Shown here: piece by piece, positions 53,461 through 62,354 of the stretch
Numbering within the stretch: the stretch's first letter is position 1
How the letters are laid out: each line of letters opens with the position of its first letter
Assembly: GCA_963719085.1 (NCBI GenBank)
Contig: CAVRAL010000004.1
Location: forward strand, 736,001-800,000
Direction: 5' to 3'
Origin: a candidate division FCPU426 bacterium
GTDB taxonomy: Bacteria > Oederibacteriota > Muellerivitia > Muellerivitales > Muellerivitaceae
DNA length: 64,000 nt
Program-made: the position numbers and the translations under genes
Notes under the pieces: model-generated
Told to the model about the DNA's origin: nothing
Database searches by the model: none
What the model saw: only the letters and a program-made list of their open reading frames with translations

Positions 53461-53540
53461 TCACCGCAAAGGCGCCAAGACGCCAAGGACTTCTTTTTGC
53501 GGATAAATTAAACTTCGCGACTTTGCGTCTTTGCGGTTAA
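53461..53540. repeat. Periodic palindromic intergenic element (8-nt units) between leuC and leuD
   Basis: ACCGCAAAG-GCGCCAAG-ACGCCAAG ... CTTCGCGA-CTTTGCGT-CTTTGCGGT. Confidence 0.75.
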
Positions 53541-53546
53541 TGGGTT

Positions 53547-54953
53547 TTACTTTATCAGTTCCCTTACGTCGGCGATTTTTCCCTCAATAGCGGCCGCGGC
53601 CACCATGGCCGGGCTCATCAACATGGTTCTTCCGGTTTTGCTTCCTTGGCGGCCGATGAAATTACGGTTCGACGAGGAAGCGGAAATCTCATTGCCCTGC
53701 AGTTTGTCCGGGTTCATGGCCAGGCACATGGAACAGCCGGCGGCCCGCCACTCAAATCCCGCTTCCGCGAAAATTTTGTCCAAGCCTTCCTTTTCGGCTT
53801 GGGCCTTCACCGGTTGGGAACCGGGCACCACGAAAGCCCTCACGTTGGCCGAAACCTTGCGGCCCTTGGCGACCTTGGCGGCCTCGCGCAAGTCGCTGAT
53901 TCTTCCGTTGGTACAGCTTCCAATGAAGGCTACGTTGATGGGCGTGCCTTTGATCGATTGGCCGGGTTTGAGTTCCATGTGCTTGTAAGCCAGCTCCACC
54001 GTCTTCACCTCATCGGCGGAAAAGCGGGCGATTTCGGGCAGTTTGTCGTTCACTCCCACGGACTGGTCGGGTGTGATGCCCCAGGTCACGATCGGCTCAA
54101 TATCGGCGGCGGCGAAATTCACCACGTCGTCGTACTCGGCGTTCTTATCCGAGGCGACGGACTTCCAATATTGAACGGCCTTGTCCCATTTATCCGCCTT
54201 CGGCGCGTATTTTTTCCCTTTCAAATAGTCAAAGGTGGTCTGGTCCGGGTTGACATAGCCGATGCGGGCGCCGCCCTCGATGGCCATGTTGCAGACCGTC
54301 ATGCGCTCTTCCATGGTCATGGCGTCAAATACCTCGCCGCCATACTCATAAGCGAAGCCGATACCGCCCTTCACGCCCAGCTTTTGGATGATATAGAGGG
54401 TGACGTCCTTGGCGGTGACGCCGGGTTTTAGTTTGCCGTTCACGTTGATCCGGCGGACCTTCAGTTCGTCCATGGCCAGGCATTGCGTGGCCAAAACGTC
54501 GCGCACCTGGGTGGTACCTATGCCGAAGGCCAGCGTGCCGAAAGCGCCGTGGGTGGAGGTATGGGAGTCGCCGCAGGCGATCGTCATGCCCGGCTGGGTC
54601 AGGCCCATCTCGGGGCCAATGATATGCACGATGCCCTGGTGGCCCGACTTAAAGTCAAAAAAGCTCACGCCGAATTTTTTGACGTTTTTCTCGATGGCGT
54701 CCATCATTTGCTCGGCTTCGCCGTCTTGAAAGGGGCGGGCCTGGCTTTTGGTGGGCACGATATGGTCGACGGTGGCGAAGGTGCGCTGGGGATAAGCCAC
54801 CTTCAATCCCTTTTCGGCGATCATGTCAAAAGCCTGGGGGCTGGTGACCTCATGGATCAGATGAAGCCCGATGAAAAGCTGGGTCTGCCCGGTCGGCAGT
54901 TGATCCACCGTGTGGGAATCCCAGACTTTGTTGTAAAGCGTTCCCTTTGCCAT
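53547..54953 (-). CDS. leuC: 3-isopropylmalate dehydratase large subunit
   Basis: [41 protein letters not shown]; start at ATG 54953. Confidence 0.97.
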   Translation of the reverse strand: MAKGTLYNKVWDSHTVDQLPTGQTQLFIGLHLIHEVTSPQAFDMIAEKGLKVAYPQRTFATVDHIVPTKSQARPFQDGEAEQMMDAIEKNVKKFGVSFFDFKSGHQGIVHIIGPEMGLTQPGMTIACGDSHTSTHGAFGTLAFGIGTTQVRDVLATQCLAMDELKVRRINVNGKLKPGVTAKDVTLYIIQKLGVKGGIGFAYEYGGEVFDAMTMEERMTVCNMAIEGGARIGYVNPDQTTFDYLKGKKYAPKADKWDKAVQYWKSVASDKNAEYDDVVNFAAADIEPIVTWGITPDQSVGVNDKLPEIARFSADEVKTVELAYKHMELKPGQSIKGTPINVAFIGSCTNGRISDLREAAKVAKGRKVSANVRAFVVPGSQPVKAQAEKEGLDKIFAEAGFEWRAAGCSMCLAMNPDKLQGNEISASSSNRNFIGRQGSKTGRTMLMSPAMVAAAAIEGKIADVRELIK

Positions 54954-54975
54954 AAGAGTCCCCTTTGAAATAAGT

Positions 54976-55132
54976 TCACCACCAAGGCACCAAGACACCA
55001 AGGGAGGATGGCTAAACCATAGGATTGGTTTAGATATTTGTAAAAGATATTGTTTCTATAATATTTATAGTTATAAACTATATATGGTTTTGATTTTAAT
55101 CCGTCCTTGGCGTCTTGGTGCCTTGGTGGTGA
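54976..55132. repeat. 28-bp inverted repeats (8-nt units) flanking the leuC/lysR divergent promoter
   Basis: 54976-55003 and 55105-55132 are reverse complements with one mismatch. Confidence 0.9.
55066..55082. promoter_or_regulatory. LysR-type binding box
   Basis: TATAG-TTATAAA-CTATA (T-N11-A palindrome) in the divergent promoter. Confidence 0.65.
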
Positions 55133-55142
55133 GGGTGGTTTT

Positions 55143-56018
55143 GTGGAAACCCATCAATTGCGTTATTTTTTAGCGGTCGCCCAAACCGGCCGGTTCACGG
55201 CGGCGGCCAAGGCCTCCAACGTGTCCCAACCCTCCTTAAGCATCCAGATCGCCAAGCTGGAATCGGAGTTGGGCGGGGAACTTTTTGAGCGAACCCGCAA
55301 AGGCGCCCGGCTCACGGCCCGGGGCGAAACCTTTCTGCCCCGGGCCAAGATGATCCTGGAGCAAATGGAATCGGCCCGGGACGACGCCAAGGCCTTGTCC
55401 GGCTTGACGCTCGGGAAGGTCAGCCTAGGCTGTATGCCCACGACGGGCGCGCATTTGCTTCCGCCCATCTTGACGGCCTTTCGTAAAAGCCATCCCAAGA
55501 TTCAGGTGCAATTAAAGGAAGAGTCTTCCCCGGATTTGGCCCGTGATTTGGAACAAGGCGAAGTGGAACTGGCTATTTTAGATGAAGCCGGCCTTCGGCC
55601 GGGGCTTGCCCATCAAACGGTGCTGACCGAGGAATTGCTATTGGCTCTTCCGGCGAAGCACCCTCTGGCGGGGAAAAAGTCTTTGGCACTCAAACAAGTA
55701 GCCGAGGAGCCTTTTATTCTCATGAAAACCGGCCATGGTTTTCGCCAGATCACGCTGGAGCTTTACCGAAAAGCCGGATTGGAACCGAAAGTCGTTTTTG
55801 AGAGCGGCGGCATTGAGACCGTGCAAGCCTTGGTAGCGGCGGGGCTCGGGATCAGCTTGGTGCCTCAGATGGTGGCCAAATTTCCCGGGGTGGCTTACGC
55901 CCGAATCGCTTCCGCGAAGGCCGAACGAACCCTTTCCTTGGCCTGGCGAAAAAAGGCCACGCTTTCGCCCGCGGCGGAAGTATTGAAAAAAGTAATCTTG
56001 GAAGTCACGAAGAACTGA
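55143..56018 (+). CDS. LysR family transcriptional regulator divergent from leuCD
   Basis: QLRYFLAVA...FTAAA...VSQPSLSIQIAKLESELG; GTG start after GAGGG. Confidence 0.93.
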   Translation: METHQLRYFLAVAQTGRFTAAAKASNVSQPSLSIQIAKLESELGGELFERTRKGARLTARGETFLPRAKMILEQMESARDDAKALSGLTLGKVSLGCMPTTGAHLLPPILTAFRKSHPKIQVQLKEESSPDLARDLEQGEVELAILDEAGLRPGLAHQTVLTEELLLALPAKHPLAGKKSLALKQVAEEPFILMKTGHGFRQITLELYRKAGLEPKVVFESGGIETVQALVAAGLGISLVPQMVAKFPGVAYARIASAKAERTLSLAWRKKATLSPAAEVLKKVILEVTKN

Positions 56019-56021
56019 GAT

Positions 56022-56663
56022 TTATGGAATCGAGTTTTCGATGTAAACGGGCAAAGTGGTTTTGGGAATAACCACGTAAGCCCAGCCGGGATAGCATTGG
56101 GTCAAATAAGAGGCGGTAGCGTAAGCTTCAATCACAAGGGCCGGGTCGCAGGTTTCCTCAACGTAGATTTCGATGGGGCCCGCTTGGCAATTATTTCCGG
56201 ATGGGGTTCCGACTAAAATCAATGTTTGGTAACTAAAGGTCACCGCTGAACAGGTGGCGGAATCCAGATATTGTTGGCATTGGCAATCGTCTTGAATCAA
56301 GACCGGATTAGGCTCGGTGAGCGTGGGGACGCCGTTCGGATTTCCCGCCATCAAGGTTGGTATGGGTGTTTGGCAAGCGAGATTATAGCTGATGCCGGGA
56401 GTCGCGGCGCCGGTAGCCGGGGTACAGAGGAATGTTGGCGTGGAGCTCGGGGAGGCCGTTGGACTGGGAATGGCAGTGACGGTCCAGGTGGCCGTGGGGG
56501 TAGGCGAGGCGTTGGAAGGCACTGGACTCAAAGTCGGGGTGGGGGTGGGGGACGAACCGGACCCTGCGGGAGCCGGATTTAAGGGCGGAAAAGAAAATTT
56601 TTTTTGGCAAGCCCCCGCCATAAAAACTAAGGCCAAGATTAAAAGGATTAATAATTTCTTCAT
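56022..56663 (-). CDS. Lipoprotein with Pro/Thr linker and Cys-rich C-terminal domain
   Basis: Lipobox AGAC at aa 16-19; PTPTPT repeats; C-terminus weakly resembles PrcB C-terminal domains. Confidence 0.65.
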   Translation of the reverse strand: MKKLLILLILALVFMAGACQKKFSFPPLNPAPAGSGSSPTPTPTLSPVPSNASPTPTATWTVTAIPSPTASPSSTPTFLCTPATGAATPGISYNLACQTPIPTLMAGNPNGVPTLTEPNPVLIQDDCQCQQYLDSATCSAVTFSYQTLILVGTPSGNNCQAGPIEIYVEETCDPALVIEAYATASYLTQCYPGWAYVVIPKTTLPVYIENSIP

Positions 56664-56937
56664 TCAAACTGCCTCTAGATACGCAAATCAGATATGTCAT
56701 TTCTAACGGCAAATAAACGATAAACTTCACCTCTTTTCGAGGTGGCCATGCCATCTCTCATGATTGAACCTAAGTATGTCGCCCCGAACCGATTGACTCC
56801 TGACATCGCAAATCAAAACGTTCGGGATTTGATTGGATCGATAGTCATCCTTTCTTGATCCTACTCTCGTATCCTTTTGGTAACTTCTTGTAACCAAGCT
56901 CCTTTGTTCCGATGATGGCCTTTGAAAAGAGGTTGCC

Positions 56938-57708
56938 ATGAAAAAGATGCCGGTTCTATTTGTCGGTCACGGGTCTCCCATGATCGGCGTGGAAACCAAT
57001 CCCTTCACGAAAACCCTGAACCGGTTGGGCGAAGCTTTGCCCCGGCCCAAGGCCATCGCGGTGGCATCGGCCCATTGGGTCACGCCGGGAACGCGGGTGG
57101 GCACGCAAGCCGACCCAAAGCAAATCTACGACTTTTACGGGTTTCCCCAAAAACTTTTCGACGTGAAATACCCGGCGCCGGGCGCGCCGAAAGAATCGCG
57201 ATCGGTTGTGAAAGAATTAAACGCCGCCGCGGATGAATCCTGGGGTCTCGACCATGGGGCTTGGACCGTTTTAAAGCATCTATACCCCCAAGCCGATATC
57301 CCGACTTTTCAAATCAGCTTGGATCAGGGCAAGGATTTCGCCGGACATTTCGAGTTGGGTGAAAAGTTGAAGTTCTTGAGGGAACAAGGCGTGCTTCTTA
57401 TCGGAAGCGGCAATCTGACCCATAACCTGCGCGATTTGGACTACGACGAGAACGCCGAACCCTTTGATTGGGCTCTGGACTTTGACGCCAAGGCCAAACA
57501 AGCACTGGACGCGCGAAACTGGGAAGCCTTCGCCCATCCCCAAGACACCTGGGGCGCGTCGGATTTTCGAAGGGCCCACCCCTCCGTGGAGCACTATGTG
57601 CCCCTGCTTTATGTTTTGGGGGCTTCGGAAAAGCGGGACAAGCTGTCTTATCCCTTTGAGGGCATCCAGCATGGAAGCCTTTCCATGCGCATGGCTTTGT
57701 TTCAATAA
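56938..57708 (+). CDS. ygiD: 4,5-DOPA extradiol dioxygenase (YgiD/DODA family)
   Basis: LFVGHGSPM, SAHW, IYDFYGFP, WGLDHGAW, GSGNLTHNL, HPSVEHYVPL. Confidence 0.9.
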   Translation: MKKMPVLFVGHGSPMIGVETNPFTKTLNRLGEALPRPKAIAVASAHWVTPGTRVGTQADPKQIYDFYGFPQKLFDVKYPAPGAPKESRSVVKELNAAADESWGLDHGAWTVLKHLYPQADIPTFQISLDQGKDFAGHFELGEKLKFLREQGVLLIGSGNLTHNLRDLDYDENAEPFDWALDFDAKAKQALDARNWEAFAHPQDTWGASDFRRAHPSVEHYVPLLYVLGASEKRDKLSYPFEGIQHGSLSMRMALFQ

Positions 57709-57718
57709 GGAGGATCAC

Positions 57719-58429
57719 ATGTTGAAGACAAGACTTTCCAATGAACGCGGCCATGCCGACCATGGCTGGCTCAAAAGTTTTCATACTTTTTCTTTCAGCG
57801 GTTTCCACGACCCGGACTTCAACGGATTCCGCTCGCTTCGGGTCATCAATGAGGACCGGGTGGAGCCGGGCGAGGGCTTCGGCCGGCACCCCCATGACAA
57901 TATGGAAATTTTAAGTTACGTCATCGAGGGCGCGTTGGAACATCAGGACAGTATGGGAACCGGTTCGGTCATTAAGCCGGGGGATGTTCAAATCATGAGC
58001 GCGGGCACGGGCGTGGCCCACAGCGAGTTCAACCCGTCTAAAAAAGAGAAGGTCCATTTTTTGCAAATTTGGATGTTTCCCGATAAGCGCAATTTGCCGC
58101 CGCGCTATGACCAAAAGCATTTCACGAACGAGGACAAGCTCAACCGCCTGCGCTTGATCGGGTCCAAGGACGGCCGCGAAGGGTCGCTGGTCATTCATCA
58201 GGACATCGACCTTTACGCCTCGGTTTTGGAAAAGGGAAAAAATCTGGAGCAGGCCCTAAGGCCGAATTCCGGTTTTTGGCTTCAAATGATCAAAGGGGAG
58301 CTGGAAGTCAACGGATCCAAACTGGCCGCCGGGGACGCCCTTTATGGGGAAAAGGAAAAGACCTTGTCTCTCAAGGCCCAACGCGATTCCGAATTCTTGC
58401 TTTTTGACATCGGCCCCTTTGACCGCTGA
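57719..58429 (+). CDS. Pirin family protein (YhhW-like)
   Basis: AAGGAGG RBS; RGHADHGWL, HPHDNMEI, MSAGTGVAHSE, LQIW. Confidence 0.92.
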   Translation: MLKTRLSNERGHADHGWLKSFHTFSFSGFHDPDFNGFRSLRVINEDRVEPGEGFGRHPHDNMEILSYVIEGALEHQDSMGTGSVIKPGDVQIMSAGTGVAHSEFNPSKKEKVHFLQIWMFPDKRNLPPRYDQKHFTNEDKLNRLRLIGSKDGREGSLVIHQDIDLYASVLEKGKNLEQALRPNSGFWLQMIKGELEVNGSKLAAGDALYGEKEKTLSLKAQRDSEFLLFDIGPFDR

Positions 58430-58492
58430 TTCACTTGCGTCCAAATCTCTGGAATGGAACAATAGTCCCACTTATTTCCGGAGGGGGATGAA

Positions 58493-59155
58493 ATGGAATC
58501 AAACCAACGCGCGGATGTTTTTGTGGGAGTGCATAAAGGATTACGCCGGGGTCTGTTAGGTCTATCGCTCAAACTGGGAAGCCTGGATTGGGCGGATCCG
58601 GAAGAAGTAAAGGCCGCGGGGGCGGAGTTTAAGAACATCCTCTATTTTCTCCGGGAGCACGCGGAGAACGAGGATAAGATCCAGGCGCCCACGTTGGAAG
58701 AAAGGGTTCCCGGCGCCACCCGGCAGATGGCCGAAGACCACCACCGGCTTGAGAAACAAATCGACCAATTGGAAAAAGATTGGGAAGAAGCCAAGAAGGG
58801 CGCTCCGGCGGCCGAATTGGGTTACCGCCTTTATTTAAGTTATAACCGCTTCCTGTCGGCTTACCTGGCCCACTTGGATATGGAAGAGGGGCCGATCACC
58901 GAAGCCGTCCACCGGCATTTCACAGACGAGGAAATCAAGGCCATGGTGGGCCGCATCATCGCCAAGACCTCGCCTCAAGACATGGGCATGATGCTGGGCT
59001 ATATGATTCCCGGGATGAACGCCGCTGAGCGGTTGATGTTCATCTCCGGGGTGAAAGCCACCGCCCCGCCGCCGGTTTTTGAGGGTCTGAAGGGATTGGC
59101 TCAAAAGGTGTTGGCGCCCAGGGATTGGGAAAAACTTTCGGCGAAGCTGGGTTGA
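58493..59155 (+). CDS. Hemerythrin (HHE) domain protein
   Basis: VHKGLR, HAENED, DHHRLE, HLDMEE. Confidence 0.82.
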   Translation: MESNQRADVFVGVHKGLRRGLLGLSLKLGSLDWADPEEVKAAGAEFKNILYFLREHAENEDKIQAPTLEERVPGATRQMAEDHHRLEKQIDQLEKDWEEAKKGAPAAELGYRLYLSYNRFLSAYLAHLDMEEGPITEAVHRHFTDEEIKAMVGRIIAKTSPQDMGMMLGYMIPGMNAAERLMFISGVKATAPPPVFEGLKGLAQKVLAPRDWEKLSAKLG

Positions 59156-59856
59156 TGACCCGCCCCAGCCACGCATTCGCCAAGCGGGCCCTCCGGCGCC
59201 ACGCCAACCCTCAAAAGGCCAAAACCTACCGGGGATTTTTTAAGAACGCCGAAAAAGATATTTTTCTCGGCGTCACCGCTCCTTTGGTGGAGGGTGTGGC
59301 TAAGGATTTTTGGGAATTGTCACTGCCGGATGTGCGCCGGCTCATGGCGTCCCGGGTGCATGATGAAAGGTCCCTCGCCAATTCCATCCTAGTTTTGAAG
59401 TACCGCAAGGGAGACGCCGGGACGAAAAAAATCATTTTTGATTTCTACCTGAAAAACCGCGGCTTCATCCGAAGCTGGGACGGGGTGGACGACAGCGCGC
59501 CTTATATCGTCGGTCCCTATTTGTTGGACAAGGACCGCAAGATTCTTTTCCGGTTGGCGGATTCGAAAAGCCTTTGGGACCGGCGCATCGCCATGGTTTC
59601 CACCTGGTGGTTCATCCGCCAGGGTGACACGGCGGATACCTTTAAGCTGGCCAAACAACTGTTAAACGACCGTGAAGACCTGATGCATAAAGCGGTGGGT
59701 TGGATGCTGAGGGAAGCGGGAAAACGCGACCTTCCGGTTTTGAAAAAATTCCTGGCTCGTTACGCGAAGGCCATGCCCCGAACCATGCTGCGTTACGCGA
59801 TTGAGAAATTTCCTGAACCCCAGCGAAAAAGATATCTGGCGGTTAAAACCGAATGA
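59155..59856 (+). CDS. DNA alkylation repair protein (AlkD-like)
   Basis: FLGV, SWDGVD, LWDRR, HKAVGWMLRE, MPRTMLRYAIEK; TGATG coupling. Confidence 0.88.
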   Translation: MTRPSHAFAKRALRRHANPQKAKTYRGFFKNAEKDIFLGVTAPLVEGVAKDFWELSLPDVRRLMASRVHDERSLANSILVLKYRKGDAGTKKIIFDFYLKNRGFIRSWDGVDDSAPYIVGPYLLDKDRKILFRLADSKSLWDRRIAMVSTWWFIRQGDTADTFKLAKQLLNDREDLMHKAVGWMLREAGKRDLPVLKKFLARYAKAMPRTMLRYAIEKFPEPQRKRYLAVKTE

Positions 59857-60835
59857 TGTGTTTCTCGCGCGCGGAGCCGGCCAGGATTTTTTCGTAAGTG
59901 GCGGGAGCTTCGTCCAACGAAATGACTTTCACGGCAGGTGGCGTGATCTTTTCCATCTCGATCAATCGGGCCAATTCTTTGAGGATGTCGCCGCTCTCCT
60001 TGAAAGACAATTTCAACGAGTCCACGCCTTTGAGCGTGGCTTCTTTATGATAAAAGTCGACGAGGTTGAAGCTCACCCGGGGATCCGCGGTGGAAGCGAT
60101 GCAAACCTGGCGGCCCCGTTGGGCCACACATTGAAGGCCTGTCTCAAATAAGGGGTTGCCCACCGTATCAAAGACTAAATCCACGCCCCGGCCTTCGGTC
60201 AGCTCATGGGTTTTCTTCACTAAGTCATCCTGATCCAAGGCGATCCAGTGATCAACCGGCAAGGTCTTCACCCGCTCCAGTCCGGCCGCTTTGGAAATGG
60301 TCCCGATCACTTTCGCCCGCTTGAGCCGGGCCAATTGGGCCGCCGCCGAACCCACCGCGCCGCTCGCGCCTAAAATCAGAATGGTTTGATTCTCTTTTAA
60401 CTCGCCCGCGACCAACACCGATTGCCAAGCCGTGAGGAAGGGGACGCCCAGCCCCGAGGCTTCCTCGAAACTGATCCGGGAAGGCTTTAGCGCCAGTGAT
60501 TCCACCGGCACGGCGATAATTTCCGCCTGGGCTCCGTCGCGGACATAGCCTAAATCCCGGGCCGAACCAAAAACTTCCCGGCCGATTAAATCCGACGGAC
60601 CTTTTAAAACGGCTCCGGCGAAGTCGCGCCCGGGAACCCGGGGAACGGTGGTGAAAGGGAAGCGGCCCATCACATTTTTAATGTCACTGGGGTTGATGGC
60701 GGCGGCATGCACCTTCACCAAGGCTTCGCCAGCTTTCGCTTCAGGCCAGGGAAGCTCGCTTAACTTTAACTCAGAAAGGCTTCCGGTTTTTTCAAAATAA
60801 AGAGCCCGCATTTTCCGGCCGAGACTTTGTCCCAT
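59843..60835 (-). CDS. MDR-family NADPH:quinone oxidoreductase-like dehydrogenase
   Basis: AAINPSD, PGRDFAG, GASGAVG, GRGVDLVFDTVG. Confidence 0.88.
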   Translation of the reverse strand: MGQSLGRKMRALYFEKTGSLSELKLSELPWPEAKAGEALVKVHAAAINPSDIKNVMGRFPFTTVPRVPGRDFAGAVLKGPSDLIGREVFGSARDLGYVRDGAQAEIIAVPVESLALKPSRISFEEASGLGVPFLTAWQSVLVAGELKENQTILILGASGAVGSAAAQLARLKRAKVIGTISKAAGLERVKTLPVDHWIALDQDDLVKKTHELTEGRGVDLVFDTVGNPLFETGLQCVAQRGRQVCIASTADPRVSFNLVDFYHKEATLKGVDSLKLSFKESGDILKELARLIEMEKITPPAVKVISLDEAPATYEKILAGSAREKHIIRF

Positions 60836-60868
60836 GGTGATTCCTAATTACGTTTAGATTTTAAGTAG

Positions 60869-61111
60869 TTAGGGCTGCAAAAATCTTTTATTGGCAAATG
60901 CTTTGCCGGAGCCGGATTTAAAATACAGTTCTAATTTTCTCGCGTGGGTTTCGGTTTCAATGGCCACATACGAACCTAGTTTAACTGGAAGGAAAGGCCG
61001 GGTAGAAGTAACTTCTCCGTTTTGATGAGACTTCGAGCGTCTTTTCAAATCGTCTGTAGAACCGACATAAATATTAGAGTTATTTAAACGTAGAAAGTAG
61101 ACGTACCACAT
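60869..61111 (-). CDS. Small stand-alone GIY-YIG nuclease
   Basis: MWYVYFL...IYVGSTDDLKRR...H...E.YFKSGSG; 80 aa. Confidence 0.88.
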   Translation of the reverse strand: MWYVYFLRLNNSNIYVGSTDDLKRRSKSHQNGEVTSTRPFLPVKLGSYVAIETETHARKLELYFKSGSGKAFANKRFLQP

Positions 61112-61119
61112 ATACCTTT

Positions 61120-61371
<252 letters not shown>

Positions 61372-61501
61372 GTTGGGTCAAGAACTGCTAATCGGTTGTC
61401 AGGTCGTCCAGCGGGGTGCGCATGGACGAAAAAAACGTTCTTCCTAAATTTTATTCTCGATGGAGATTTTCTTCCCACTTCCGCCAAGAACCGCGGAAGT
61501 G

Positions 61502-61525
61502 TCGACCACTCTGCCATCTCTCCGT
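61502..61525 (-). pseudogene. Duplicated 5' fragment of tRNA-Ser
   Basis: 24-bp exact direct repeat of 61350-61373. Confidence 0.8.
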
Positions 61526-61706
61526 GTCGAGCTACATATATAAGTTGTAGACCCGGTCTTGTGTTCAAACCGGGGAAAACATCATCCGAATCATGGTTTC
61601 TTTCATAAACGCCACGAAAGGAGGGGTATTGTAAGAGATAACCCAAGCGTAGGACAATAGCGGGATGTTATGATTAATCCCTATTTTTCAACGATCCAAG
61701 GGAAAT

Positions 61707-62354
61707 ATGCCTAAGACTTCCATCGCTCATCTGCGCCGGGAATACCGTCGGCGCGGGCTCAATGAACAAACCATGCCTTCCCGGCCCCTGCCTTTCTTTG
61801 GACGCTGGTTCAAGGAAGCGCTTCGAGTGAAGGCCCTCGACGCCAACGCCTTGACCTTGGCCACGCTCACCCCGAAGGGCTTGCCCGCGACCCGAACCGT
61901 CCTTCTTAAAGGTTGGGACGCCAAGGGATTCCAGTTTTTTACCAATTACGAAAGCCAAAAGGGCTTGGAACTGATTCGAAAACCCTATGCCAGCCTGCTC
62001 TTTTACTGGAAAGAACTGGAGCGCCAAGTCCGGGTGGATGGCCGGGTGGAAAAAATGTCCACGGCCCAGTCCGACCTTTATTTCAAAACCCGGCCCCGGG
62101 GAAGCCAGCTGGGCGCTTGGGCTTCCGACCAAAGCCGGGTGATTTTGAACCGCGAATATTTGCAGGAGCGCCTGAGTTTTTTTGAGAAAAAATTTAAGGG
62201 CGGCCCCGTGCCCCGACCCCCGCATTGGGGCGGGTTCCGGGTGTTGCCCCGACAGATCGAGTTTTGGCAGGGCCGGCCCAACCGATTGCATGACCGGGTC
62301 CGGTACCGCCTTGTCTCCGGCTCCGCCTGGAAACGCGAGAGGCTTTCGCCCTGA
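61707..62354 (+). CDS. pdxH: Pyridoxamine 5'-phosphate oxidase
   Basis: LRREY, RTVLLK, FFTNYESQKG, RQVRVDG, EFWQGRPNRLHDR. Confidence 0.96.
   Translation: MPKTSIAHLRREYRRRGLNEQTMPSRPLPFFGRWFKEALRVKALDANALTLATLTPKGLPATRTVLLKGWDAKGFQFFTNYESQKGLELIRKPYASLLFYWKELERQVRVDGRVEKMSTAQSDLYFKTRPRGSQLGAWASDQSRVILNREYLQERLSFFEKKFKGGPVPRPPHWGGFRVLPRQIEFWQGRPNRLHDRVRYRLVSGSAWKRERLSP

Noticed and set aside
48608..55132. Periodic repeats as a CRISPR array
   Set aside because: No repeat-spacer series, units are 8-9 nt and inverted, and no cas genes are present
54954..55142. Extended N-termini (SWCLGGE) of LeuC and LysR in the ORF track
   Set aside because: Translation of the inverted-repeat arms; better starts at 54953 and 55143
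57464..57718. 85-aa N-terminal extension of pirin
   Set aside because: Overlaps ygiD in another frame; a strong RBS precedes ATG 57719
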